Below are positions 1-8,267 of a DNA stretch of 64,000 nucleotides, piece after piece. The stretch's first letter is position 1; each line of letters begins with the position of its first letter. The stretch covers positions 121,643 through 185,642 of the forward strand of contig JAYKHS010000030.1 of NCBI GenBank assembly GCA_035285865.1. Direction: 5' to 3'. A model generated the notes under the pieces. It had not been told where the DNA came from and did no database searches. It saw only the letters and a program-made list of their open reading frames with translations. This DNA is from Candidatus Sericytochromatia bacterium (lineage in GTDB: Bacteria > Cyanobacteriota > Sericytochromatia > S15B-MN24 > VGJW01). The translations under genes were made by a program, and so were the position numbers.

Positions 1-681
1 GACCAGGGCCGCTGGACGCGCGAGACCTCCGCACGCTTCTCTGCTTTCGTGCCCGGCCACATCGCGCGCCTGCGGCAGGAGCGCACCGAAGTGGACTGCG
101 CGGACCTCGCCGCCAAGCTGCTGAGCGACTTTTCCAAGCAGGAGCAGCTTCCGAATCCGGTGGACCGGGCCGGCACGTGGCATCGCTACGACAAGGCCAA
201 TCCCGGCGGACTGCCCAACGTGCAAGGACCCAACTTCTTCCTGTCCCGCGTGAATGCGGACAATCTCGCGAAGCAGTTCACCCGTCCCATACCGGATCAT
301 GACCTTGACGGCATCGCGGGAGCCGATCGCCGGACCGGCCGGGTCGACGTGGATGATCTCGAGCCCGGCGATATCCTCTTCTACGACTGGGATGGCGATG
401 GCGTGGTCAACCACACCGTCAACTTTGTCGAGCGCAAGGAAGACGGCACCGTAGTGCTTGCCTTCGGCTCCTATGACAATCTGTCCCGTGACGGGCAGCC
501 GTTGACCTGGTCCACGCTGGACCTGACGCCGATCGAATTGCTCGAGCTCAAGCCCGGTACCGCAGACTTCGATCAGTGGCTGGGCGAGGGCAGCCGGCTC
601 TGGGGCGCGCGCCGTTATGCCTTCCGGCCTTCAGGCGTTGCCGACGAGGCTCCCGGAGCGGTCCGGATGTCCGCGCGCTGA
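1..681 (+). CDS. NlpC/P60-superfamily (amidase-like) protein, 5'-truncated by window edge
   Basis: Frame is open from base 1; DCA (Cys) and GDILFYDWDGDGVVNHT (His) motifs fit papain-like cell-wall hydrolases. Confidence 0.6.
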   Translation, partial: DQGRWTRETSARFSAFVPGHIARLRQERTEVDCADLAAKLLSDFSKQEQLPNPVDRAGTWHRYDKANPGGLPNVQGPNFFLSRVNADNLAKQFTRPIPDHDLDGIAGADRRTGRVDVDDLEPGDILFYDWDGDGVVNHTVNFVERKEDGTVVLAFGSYDNLSRDGQPLTWSTLDLTPIELLELKPGTADFDQWLGEGSRLWGARRYAFRPSGVADEAPGAVRMSAR

Positions 682-1904
682 GCGGCGTACCGCCTCAGTT
701 CGGGCGTCGTTGCGGCAGCCAACGCCGCGAGCATGAGAATGGCAGCCCCGCCCAAGCTGACGGCCTGTGCAGGGCCTAGCCATCGCGCCACGGCACCTGC
801 TTCTGCTTCACCGAGTTGGGGGCCGCCGATGTAGAACATCATGCCGATGCTGGTGACGCGTCCCCGCAGGGCGTCGGGTGTCCTGGCCTGACGCAGGTGG
901 GCACGGATGACGGTGCTGATGCTGTCGGCTCCGCCCGCGACGACGAGACAGGCCAGCGCCGGCACCAACGCAGTCATCTGTCCGAAGCACAGCCACGCCC
1001 CACCATATACGGCAATCATCCCGAGGAAGATAGGCCCTTCCCTCCGGATTGGGGGCATTGTCGAGAGCAGGACAGCCGCGAGCGAGGCGCCAAGCGGCTG
1101 GGCGGCCATGAGCAGACCGACCTCGCGGGCACCACCGTGATGGACTTGTTCCGCGATGGCCGGCATCAGCATCGTCGACGCACCGAGGAAGGTGGATGCG
1201 AAATCGATGATCATCGTGGTCCAGAGCATCCGATCCGCCATCATGAACCGCCAGCCTTCCAGCCAGGCACCAAGCCCCGACTGGAACGGGCCCTCGGTCG
1301 AAACTTCCGGACGAATCGCCGGCAACCGGGCGAGGGCACCCAGGACCGCCAAGTAGGAGGCGGAATCGAGCGCGTGGATCATCGCCGCACCCGAGCCGCC
1401 GGCGAGCAGCAGGCCGCCGATCATCGGTCCCGCGACCGCCGCGAGTTGCCAGCCCGATACGCTGAGCGACAGGGCGTGGGCCAGGCGATCAGCAGGGACA
1501 AGCGCGGGTACGAGCGCGCCGCGTGCCGGGTTGTCGCAGGCAACGGCAGCGGCATGCAGGGCGACCAGCCCAAGCAGGATCGGTGTCTCAAGACGATTGG
1601 CCAGAGTCAGCAGCAGGAAAGCCACGGCAACTGCCGCCATGGTCCCCTGCGTGGCGAGCATGAGCTTGCGCCTGTCACGGCTGTCGGCGAGTACGCCGCC
1701 AACGGGTGCGAGGACAAGGATGGGCAGGGCCTTTGCGAGGCCCATGGCTCCCATGAGCAGCGGATCGTGGGTCAGGGACCAGAGCTGCCAGGCCAGGGCA
1801 ACCTGTTGCATCTGCGTGCCGAGGCTCGAGGTCGCCTGACCCAGCAGCAGCCGCCGGAAGTCAGGGATCGCCCAGGCTGACCACTTGCGGCTTTCGCCTA
1901 CCAT
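615..1904 (-). CDS. MFS transporter (EntS/H+ antiporter-like)
   Basis: About 12 hydrophobic segments; GVLADSRDRRKL motif A; TPDALRGRV; 3' end overlaps the convergent ORF. Confidence 0.9.
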   Translation of the reverse strand: MVGESRKWSAWAIPDFRRLLLGQATSSLGTQMQQVALAWQLWSLTHDPLLMGAMGLAKALPILVLAPVGGVLADSRDRRKLMLATQGTMAAVAVAFLLLTLANRLETPILLGLVALHAAAVACDNPARGALVPALVPADRLAHALSLSVSGWQLAAVAGPMIGGLLLAGGSGAAMIHALDSASYLAVLGALARLPAIRPEVSTEGPFQSGLGAWLEGWRFMMADRMLWTTMIIDFASTFLGASTMLMPAIAEQVHHGGAREVGLLMAAQPLGASLAAVLLSTMPPIRREGPIFLGMIAVYGGAWLCFGQMTALVPALACLVVAGGADSISTVIRAHLRQARTPDALRGRVTSIGMMFYIGGPQLGEAEAGAVARWLGPAQAVSLGGAAILMLAALAAATTPELRRYAAQRADIRTAPGASSATPEGRKA

Positions 1905-1992
1905 CGGGACCTTGCCTCGGATTCCCGGGTCGGATTGTCGACCTTGCGGTTCAATCTCCGGCCAGCCGTTTCACGAGGTGGCGCGGTCCCAC

Positions 1993-3717
1993 CTAGCGGA
2001 CGCGTGAGATGATCCGACCGACTTCAGGCATCAGTTGGCGCTTGGCCCGGATGTGGGCGATGAGGGCATCGCGCTGAAGGACCTGGAGGTCGCGGCGGGT
2101 CTTGCCGGGCAGCATCGCGAATCCTGCCCCGCCTTCCGCCATGTAGTCCGTCACGACCACCTTGTAGGTGCGGTTCTCGTCGAAGGCCTTGCCCCCGATC
2201 TTGATGGACGCGATGTCGCCATTGGCTTGGACCACGTACGTGGCGCCGGCGATGGCATGCCGCTTGCGCTCGTTGGGGCGGCGCTGGATGCGAAGCACCT
2301 CGCGGGCCGTCTTGCCGTCCACGGTCATGGCCACGAGCTTGTTGTCGAAGGGGAGCGCGTAGAAGGCATCCTCGATGCGGATCTGTCCGTGGAGGATGTG
2401 GTTGCGCGGCGTACCGCTGCTCGACACGGCGAAGTCGATGGTCGGGTCGAGCGTTCGGGCAGCCGCCAGGGACGCATCGGCAATCAGGTTGTTGAGGCTC
2501 GACTCGACAGCGCCGGTGGAGTAACGCTTGAAGTCGCCATTGGCCGTGCCGATGACTTCCTTGACCACGCTGTCGACGCGCGTCTTGTACGGGGCGATGG
2601 CCGCCTCCACGGCGGGATCCGGACGCACCGTGCGATCGAGGGGAATCAGGTTGTTCTGGTAGGCTTCGACCCGGCCGTCACGCAGCGTCAAGTCGAGCTT
2701 GCCGAGGAAGCCCCCGCCGAAGCCGGGAGACACGATCAGACAACGCTCGCCGTTGGTCTCGAAAACCTTGGGGCGCTTGATCATCACGTGGGTATGTCCG
2801 CTGACGAGGACGTCGATGCCGGGCACCTTGGCCGCGATGGTCTCGTCCGTGACGTGGTCGCCTTCAGACGCGGCCGCGTCCGAGGCATGCTCGTCGGCGT
2901 GGTCGCGTTCGTGCTCGTCAGCCCAGGGCGGAACGGTGCCGACGTGGGAGATGCACACCACGACATCGGCTTCCCGACGCAGGCGCTCCACCACGGCGCG
3001 CGCAGTGGCCAGCGGGTCGTAGTAGGTCGCGCTCTGGAAGTTGGGCGGGGCGATCAGGCCATCGACCTCGGTCAGCAGACCGAAGATGCCGACGCGAAGT
3101 TTACCTGCCTTGACAACGGTGTAGCGGCTGGCGAATTCGGGGTTGAAGGTCACGTTCGACGTGACGGGCCGGCTCTTGTAGAAGCCCATGGCGCGGCGTA
3201 GGTCATCCACCCCATTGTCGAACTCGTGGTTGCCGATGGTCAGCGCGCTGAAGCCCAGCATGCTCATCAGGCGCATCTCGGCTTCGCCCTTGAAGAAGTT
3301 GAAGTACGGGGTGCCCTGGAGGTAGTCCCCGGAATCCACCAATATCGACTGCGGCTGCTGCGCGCGGAGCTCGGCTGCCTTGGTCGCCAGACGCGCGAAG
3401 CCGCCCTTGCCGGCGTACATCGAGTAGTAGTAGTTGTCGGCAAATGGCTCGATCCGCGAGTGTATGTCGCTGGTATACAGGACCGAGAACGGCACGGGCT
3501 GGCCCGCCAGCGTCGGATCGGCGGGTACCTCAGGAGCCTGGCCGAGATCCGGAAATCCCGGTGTGACGGGAATGCCGTTGGCGCGGTATTTGAGCGCCCG
3601 GTTGCCCGAAGGCAGGTAGCCGGGGTTCGAGCCCCCGCAGCCGGCCAAGATGACGGCTGCCAATCCGCCCGCGAGGAGGGTGGATGCGGCACGACGGGAA
3701 GATTGCGCGATGGCCAT
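1993..3717 (-). CDS. 5'-nucleotidase/metallophosphoesterase lipoprotein (UshA-like)
   Basis: Lipobox LAGC; TSDIHS, DSGD, GNHEFD, GHTH motifs; C-terminal nucleotidase domain (LPFDN). Confidence 0.9.
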   Translation of the reverse strand: MAIAQSSRRAASTLLAGGLAAVILAGCGGSNPGYLPSGNRALKYRANGIPVTPGFPDLGQAPEVPADPTLAGQPVPFSVLYTSDIHSRIEPFADNYYYSMYAGKGGFARLATKAAELRAQQPQSILVDSGDYLQGTPYFNFFKGEAEMRLMSMLGFSALTIGNHEFDNGVDDLRRAMGFYKSRPVTSNVTFNPEFASRYTVVKAGKLRVGIFGLLTEVDGLIAPPNFQSATYYDPLATARAVVERLRREADVVVCISHVGTVPPWADEHERDHADEHASDAAASEGDHVTDETIAAKVPGIDVLVSGHTHVMIKRPKVFETNGERCLIVSPGFGGGFLGKLDLTLRDGRVEAYQNNLIPLDRTVRPDPAVEAAIAPYKTRVDSVVKEVIGTANGDFKRYSTGAVESSLNNLIADASLAAARTLDPTIDFAVSSSGTPRNHILHGQIRIEDAFYALPFDNKLVAMTVDGKTAREVLRIQRRPNERKRHAIAGATYVVQANGDIASIKIGGKAFDENRTYKVVVTDYMAEGGAGFAMLPGKTRRDLQVLQRDALIAHIRAKRQLMPEVGRIISRVR

Positions 3718-3863
3718 GCTTTTCTTATCCCGACCTTAGCCGATTTCTGAACCTAATTTCACGTTAAGTTACGTGCACCTTCTCCGGGGCTTGGCGCAAT
3801 GTCTTGCCCCCGTTTCGCGGGCGTGGGACCATGCGGCGCAACGATGCATCTGGAGGCCCGCCG

Positions 3864-4766
3864 ATGACCTTGCCCGGACGCCTGCTCACGGCGATGGTGA
3901 CTCCCTTCGCTGCGGATGGTGCCGTCGATCTGGCGACTGCGGCGCGCCTGGCGCGTCACCTGGTCGCCCAAGGATCCGACGGACTCGTCGTCAACGGCAC
4001 CACAGGCGAATCGCCGACCCTCTCCGAGTCGGAGCGGGAAGCCCTGCTCGACACCATCATTGAGGCCGTCGGGGCGGAACGGGTCGTCATGGGCACCGGT
4101 TCCAACGATACGGACGCTGCCGTGCGCATGTCCCGGCAGGCCGCTTCGCGCGGTGTCGCCGGTCTGCTCGTCATCGCGCCCTACTACAACAAGCCCGACA
4201 CCCGGGGCCTGGAGGCGCATTTCCGGGCGGTTTCCGCCGCCTCCGACCGGCCAATCATCCTCTATAACCATCCGCCGCGGACGGGAGTGGCGATTCCGGC
4301 TGCATTGGTGGGGCGTCTTGCGGCGGACTGCCCCACGATCGTGGCCCTCAAGGACAGTTCGGCCAGCCTCGACGTGGCCACGGAGATTCTGCTGGCCACG
4401 CCCCCGGATTTTCTGCTCTACAGTGGCAATGACAGCCTGACGCTGCCCATCATGGCCGTTGGTGGCCACGGCGTCATCAGTGTGGCATCGCACGTGATCG
4501 GCCCGCGCCTCCGGCAGCTCGTCGATGCTGCGGCGTCTGGGGATTTCGGGACGGCCCGACGACTGCACCATGAACTGTACGACCTGATGCAGGGCCTGTT
4601 CCTGGCCCCGAGTCCGGCACCGGTCAAGGCTGCCTTGGCGTGGACCGGGATGCCGGTGGGTGGCGTTCGTTTGCCTCTTGTCGATCTCGATGGCCGTGAC
4701 CGTCAGCGTCTCGAGGGCATCCTGCGCGATGCGGGCCTTGTCGAGGCACTCGGGGTGCGCGCGTGA
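3864..4766 (+). CDS. dapA: 4-hydroxy-tetrahydrodipicolinate synthase
   Basis: AMVTPF, GTTGESPTL, PYYNKP, LYNHPPRT, LKDSS; GGAGG before ATG 3864. Confidence 0.95.
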   Translation: MTLPGRLLTAMVTPFAADGAVDLATAARLARHLVAQGSDGLVVNGTTGESPTLSESEREALLDTIIEAVGAERVVMGTGSNDTDAAVRMSRQAASRGVAGLLVIAPYYNKPDTRGLEAHFRAVSAASDRPIILYNHPPRTGVAIPAALVGRLAADCPTIVALKDSSASLDVATEILLATPPDFLLYSGNDSLTLPIMAVGGHGVISVASHVIGPRLRQLVDAAASGDFGTARRLHHELYDLMQGLFLAPSPAPVKAALAWTGMPVGGVRLPLVDLDGRDRQRLEGILRDAGLVEALGVRA

Positions 4767-6442
4767 CGGGCATCCGCATCATTCCGCTGGGTGGCCTAGG
4801 GGAGATCGGCAAGAACTGCTGGCTCGTCGAGTCGGCTGACGACATGGTGATGCTCGACTGCGGATTTGCCTTCCCGACGGAGGAAATGTACGGCGTCGAC
4901 CTCGTCATCCCGGACTTCACCTATGTCGTGGAACGCGCCCACAAGCTGCGCGGAGTCTTCGTCTCCCACGGCCATGAGGACCATATCGGTGGTCTGCCGT
5001 TCCTCTACCGGGAGCTGCCCGATCCCGGAGTGCCCATCTACGGCACGCCTTTCACGATGGCGCTCGTGCAGCGCAAGCTGCACGAAGTCTCCGCGCTGCG
5101 TGGCAAGGTGCCACTGGTGCCCTGCGAGCCGCGGTCCGTGGTGCAGGCCGGAGGCCTCGCGGTCGAGTTCATTCGGGTCTGCCATTCGATCGTCGATGCC
5201 GTGGGTTTCGGGATTGGCACGCCCATGGGCACCGTCGTCTACTCCGGTGACTTCAAGATGGATCAGACGCCGATGGATGGCCATCGCTTCGACTACTTCC
5301 GCTTCGCAGCTCTGGGCGAGGAGGGCGTGCTGGCTCTGCTCTCGGATTCCACGAATGCGGAGCGCGAGGGCATGACGCCTTCCGAACGCGTGGTGGGCGA
5401 GGGGCTCCGGCACGCGTTCGGCGATGCCGCGGGGCGGGTCATCGTGGCCACTTTCGCTTCGAACGTGCAGCGCGTCCAGCAGGTCATCGAGGTGGCTCAC
5501 GCCTACGGCCGGCGCGTGGCGCTTGTCGGACGCAGCATGCAACAGGTCACGGAACAGGCCCTGAAGATGGGCTACATGACGGTGCCGGATGGCGTGCTGG
5601 GAAGGGTCGAGGACCTCATGGCCCTGCCACCGGACAAGGTATGCATCGTGACCACCGGTAGCCAGGGCGAACCGATGAGTGGCCTGTCGCGCATCGCCCA
5701 CGGCGACCACAAGCACGTCGCGGCCATGGAAGGAGATACCGTCATCCTCTCCGCCGTGCCGATCCCGGGCAACGAGCGCAGCGTCGGCCGGACCATCAAC
5801 AAGCTCTTCAGTCGCGGCGTCCACGTCATTTATGAGGGTGAGCGCAGCAATGCCCGTGCGAGCCGTCATGTCTCGGGGCACGCGAGCCGCGAGGAGCTCA
5901 AGATCATGCTTTCCCTGACTCGCCCGCGCTACTTCGTACCGGTGCATGGCGAGCCGCGTCACCTGATTCACCACGCCGAACTGGCCATCCAGATGGGGGT
6001 GCCCCCTCAGCATTGCTTCCTGATGGAGAATGGCGCCGTGCTGGAACTGGGGCCGGATGGCGGACAGTTCGGGGAACCCGTGCCTTCCACGCCCTTTCTC
6101 GTCGATGGTCAGTTGCTCAAGGACATCGGCACCGCCGTACTCAAGGATCGCAAGCAACTGGCCATGGAGGGTGTCGTCTCGGTGGCCCTCACGGTGGACG
6201 ATGCCGGGCGGCTGACGGACCTGCCTCGTCTGCTCTCGCAAGGATTTGTCCACGGCAACGAGTTCATGCGGATGCTGCCTGATGCGGAGGCCCTCGTGGC
6301 CGAGGTCGTGGATCGATGTCGTGCAGAGGGCATCGTGACCCGCGAGGCCCTGAAGGCTCAGGTCTCCGAGGCGCTGAGCCGTTTTCTGAACGAACGCTCA
6401 AGGCGCCGGCCGGTCCTGCTGGTCTCCGTGCTCGGCGCCTGA
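4763..6442 (+). CDS. rnj: Ribonuclease J
   Basis: PLGGLGEIGKN, SHGHEDHIG, TTGSQGEP, HVSGHA, PVHGE; GTGA overlap with dapA. Confidence 0.96.
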   Translation: MTGIRIIPLGGLGEIGKNCWLVESADDMVMLDCGFAFPTEEMYGVDLVIPDFTYVVERAHKLRGVFVSHGHEDHIGGLPFLYRELPDPGVPIYGTPFTMALVQRKLHEVSALRGKVPLVPCEPRSVVQAGGLAVEFIRVCHSIVDAVGFGIGTPMGTVVYSGDFKMDQTPMDGHRFDYFRFAALGEEGVLALLSDSTNAEREGMTPSERVVGEGLRHAFGDAAGRVIVATFASNVQRVQQVIEVAHAYGRRVALVGRSMQQVTEQALKMGYMTVPDGVLGRVEDLMALPPDKVCIVTTGSQGEPMSGLSRIAHGDHKHVAAMEGDTVILSAVPIPGNERSVGRTINKLFSRGVHVIYEGERSNARASRHVSGHASREELKIMLSLTRPRYFVPVHGEPRHLIHHAELAIQMGVPPQHCFLMENGAVLELGPDGGQFGEPVPSTPFLVDGQLLKDIGTAVLKDRKQLAMEGVVSVALTVDDAGRLTDLPRLLSQGFVHGNEFMRMLPDAEALVAEVVDRCRAEGIVTREALKAQVSEALSRFLNERSRRRPVLLVSVLGA

Positions 6443-6457
6443 AGCCTTCCCTTCGGA

Positions 6458-7141
6458 TCAGTCCAGTCCGCGGGTCGCGATGATGACGTCGTCCGCCACC
6501 TCTTCGGAATCGAAGGTGTAGATGCGGATGTCGGCGGGGGGGACCGTGACGGTGTACTCACGGGTCTCGACGACCGCTCCCTTCCGGGTGAAGGATACGC
6601 TGACGATGGCCTGGCGATTGCCGAAGAACGACTGGTTCCAGACCTGCAGCTCGGTGTGGGCGCGCAGCGTGCCGAAGAGGGCTAGGCCCGACGTCCACGT
6701 CCGCTTCGTCGTGAAGACGAGGTCGGCCGGCGCAGGTGCCACCGGGGCCGGCGTCGCGACGGGCACGGGGGTAGGCATCGGCGTCGGAACCACGGTCGGC
6801 TGCGGTTCCGGAGTCGGCTGGACCACGGGTACGGGATCGGCTACCGGGGTGGCTTCGGGAGCCGGACTCTCCGACGGTGCTGGCGCGATGGAGGGTGAGG
6901 AGTCGGGTGCGATGGTCGCCTCCGGGACGCTGGGGATACCGAGGTCTTCGGTAGCCACGGGAATGTCGTCCGTGGCCCAGGGCAGCGGTTCGTAGGAGTA
7001 ATCGGGTTCGGGGAGCGGCACGTCCGCCGTGGGCGACGTCTGCAGCGCGACGGACGACGCGGTCGTCATCTCGTCCCGCAGGCCGCAGCCGCTGGCCAGT
7101 GTGGCCACCAGCAGTACCCGAGCCCAGCGTGTGCGGTGCAT
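6458..7141 (-). CDS. Pro/Thr-rich lipoprotein of unknown function
   Basis: Lipobox LASGC, long P/T/A linker, small beta-rich C-terminal domain; purine-rich SD. Confidence 0.7.
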   Translation of the reverse strand: MHRTRWARVLLVATLASGCGLRDEMTTASSVALQTSPTADVPLPEPDYSYEPLPWATDDIPVATEDLGIPSVPEATIAPDSSPSIAPAPSESPAPEATPVADPVPVVQPTPEPQPTVVPTPMPTPVPVATPAPVAPAPADLVFTTKRTWTSGLALFGTLRAHTELQVWNQSFFGNRQAIVSVSFTRKGAVVETREYTVTVPPADIRIYTFDSEEVADDVIIATRGLD

Positions 7142-7217
7142 GGTCCTTCTCCTCTCCGGGGTTATCGCGCACGAGCGATTCTCTCCGGTAAAGGATGGCT
7201 CAAGAAATGCTCAAGCT

Positions 7218-8267
7218 TCAGAGCAAGGGGCGGCCGCCTGCCCCGTAGCCCGTGAGCTCCACGAATCCCCAGCCTGCAGGCTGTCCCCGACGCTGGACAT
7301 CGACCAGACCTTCCCAGTAGGTGACGCCGGTCGTCCGGCGGGTCCTAAGCTCCTGGTCGGGCAAAGCGGGACGAAGCTCCAGGGGCGTCGGATCGCCGGG
7401 CACCTTGAGGGTCCAGCGCGAAGGGTAGCGGATGCCGGTGCGTGGACTTGTCCACGTTGCGGTGGCCGAGAGATTGCCCGGTCCCGGGACCCACGTCTCC
7501 TGGCGGCCGTCCGGGTGGCGCATCGAGCCTCGGCTCACGCGCAGAATCCCGCCTTGGGGATTGCGCAGCACGTAAAGCATCACGTCACGTCCGTCGGCCA
7601 GGGTGAGGCTGAACCAGTCCCAGCCCACGGCATCCGGTCCGAGACCACTGCTGGTCCATTCACGGTCGAGCCAGGCTGCTCCGCGGACCGGCAGGTGCTT
7701 GCCATCGATCGCCACCGTACCCGTGGCCTCGAGACGGGGTTGCGAGTAGTAGCGCGATCCTTGGTCCACGGCATCCGACTTGCGCGAGTAAGCCGAGGGT
7801 CCGTGGATCATCGGAGGCTTCGTCTCCCGGAGCGTCAGGTCGATGCCCCAGCCATCGGCAGGAAGGCTCAGGTGGGTCTTTGCCCCGTGATGACGCGCCG
7901 ACCATGTGCCGATGGCGACGTCGAGCCCGTGCTGTTCGGCCCGAGCGCGCCCCATCGCCGTCCTGCCCGAGGCCTCCGCATGGCGGAAGCGGCTCCCGCG
8001 GACGTCTCCCAGCGCCAGATGGCCGACCACAAGGTCACGAGCGTCCCACGGTCCCTTGATGGCGTTCGGGCGGGCAGGCAGCTCCCTGCGGAAGAACGTG
8101 ACCTGGAAGCCGAATACCCCTCGCCCGGGACTTTCGAGGCGGCCAGTCCAGTACCACCACTCTGTCCTGTGTCGCGGGTGGGCTCCGTGATCGGCGGGAA
8201 AGGACAGGGTCGTGCCGTCCGCGGATGGGTGCAGCCAGCTCCAGGCGACAAGCAGCCAGGGCATCAT
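7218..8267 (-). CDS. AttH/CrtC-like lipocalin-domain secreted protein
   Basis: FPADHGAH, EWWYWTG, YYSQPRL, AWLDREW, GWDWF, YWEG, GFVELTGY; start at ATGA overlap with permease stop. Confidence 0.9.
   Translation of the reverse strand: MMPWLLVAWSWLHPSADGTTLSFPADHGAHPRHRTEWWYWTGRLESPGRGVFGFQVTFFRRELPARPNAIKGPWDARDLVVGHLALGDVRGSRFRHAEASGRTAMGRARAEQHGLDVAIGTWSARHHGAKTHLSLPADGWGIDLTLRETKPPMIHGPSAYSRKSDAVDQGSRYYSQPRLEATGTVAIDGKHLPVRGAAWLDREWTSSGLGPDAVGWDWFSLTLADGRDVMLYVLRNPQGGILRVSRGSMRHPDGRQETWVPGPGNLSATATWTSPRTGIRYPSRWTLKVPGDPTPLELRPALPDQELRTRRTTGVTYWEGLVDVQRRGQPAGWGFVELTGYGAGGRPLL

Noticed and set aside
3722..3750. GGGATAA-like motif upstream of several genes (also near 7165 and 33885) as a sigma28-type promoter
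   Set aside because: Match to GCCGATAA is partial and -35 elements are inconsistent; too weak without a genome-wide scan
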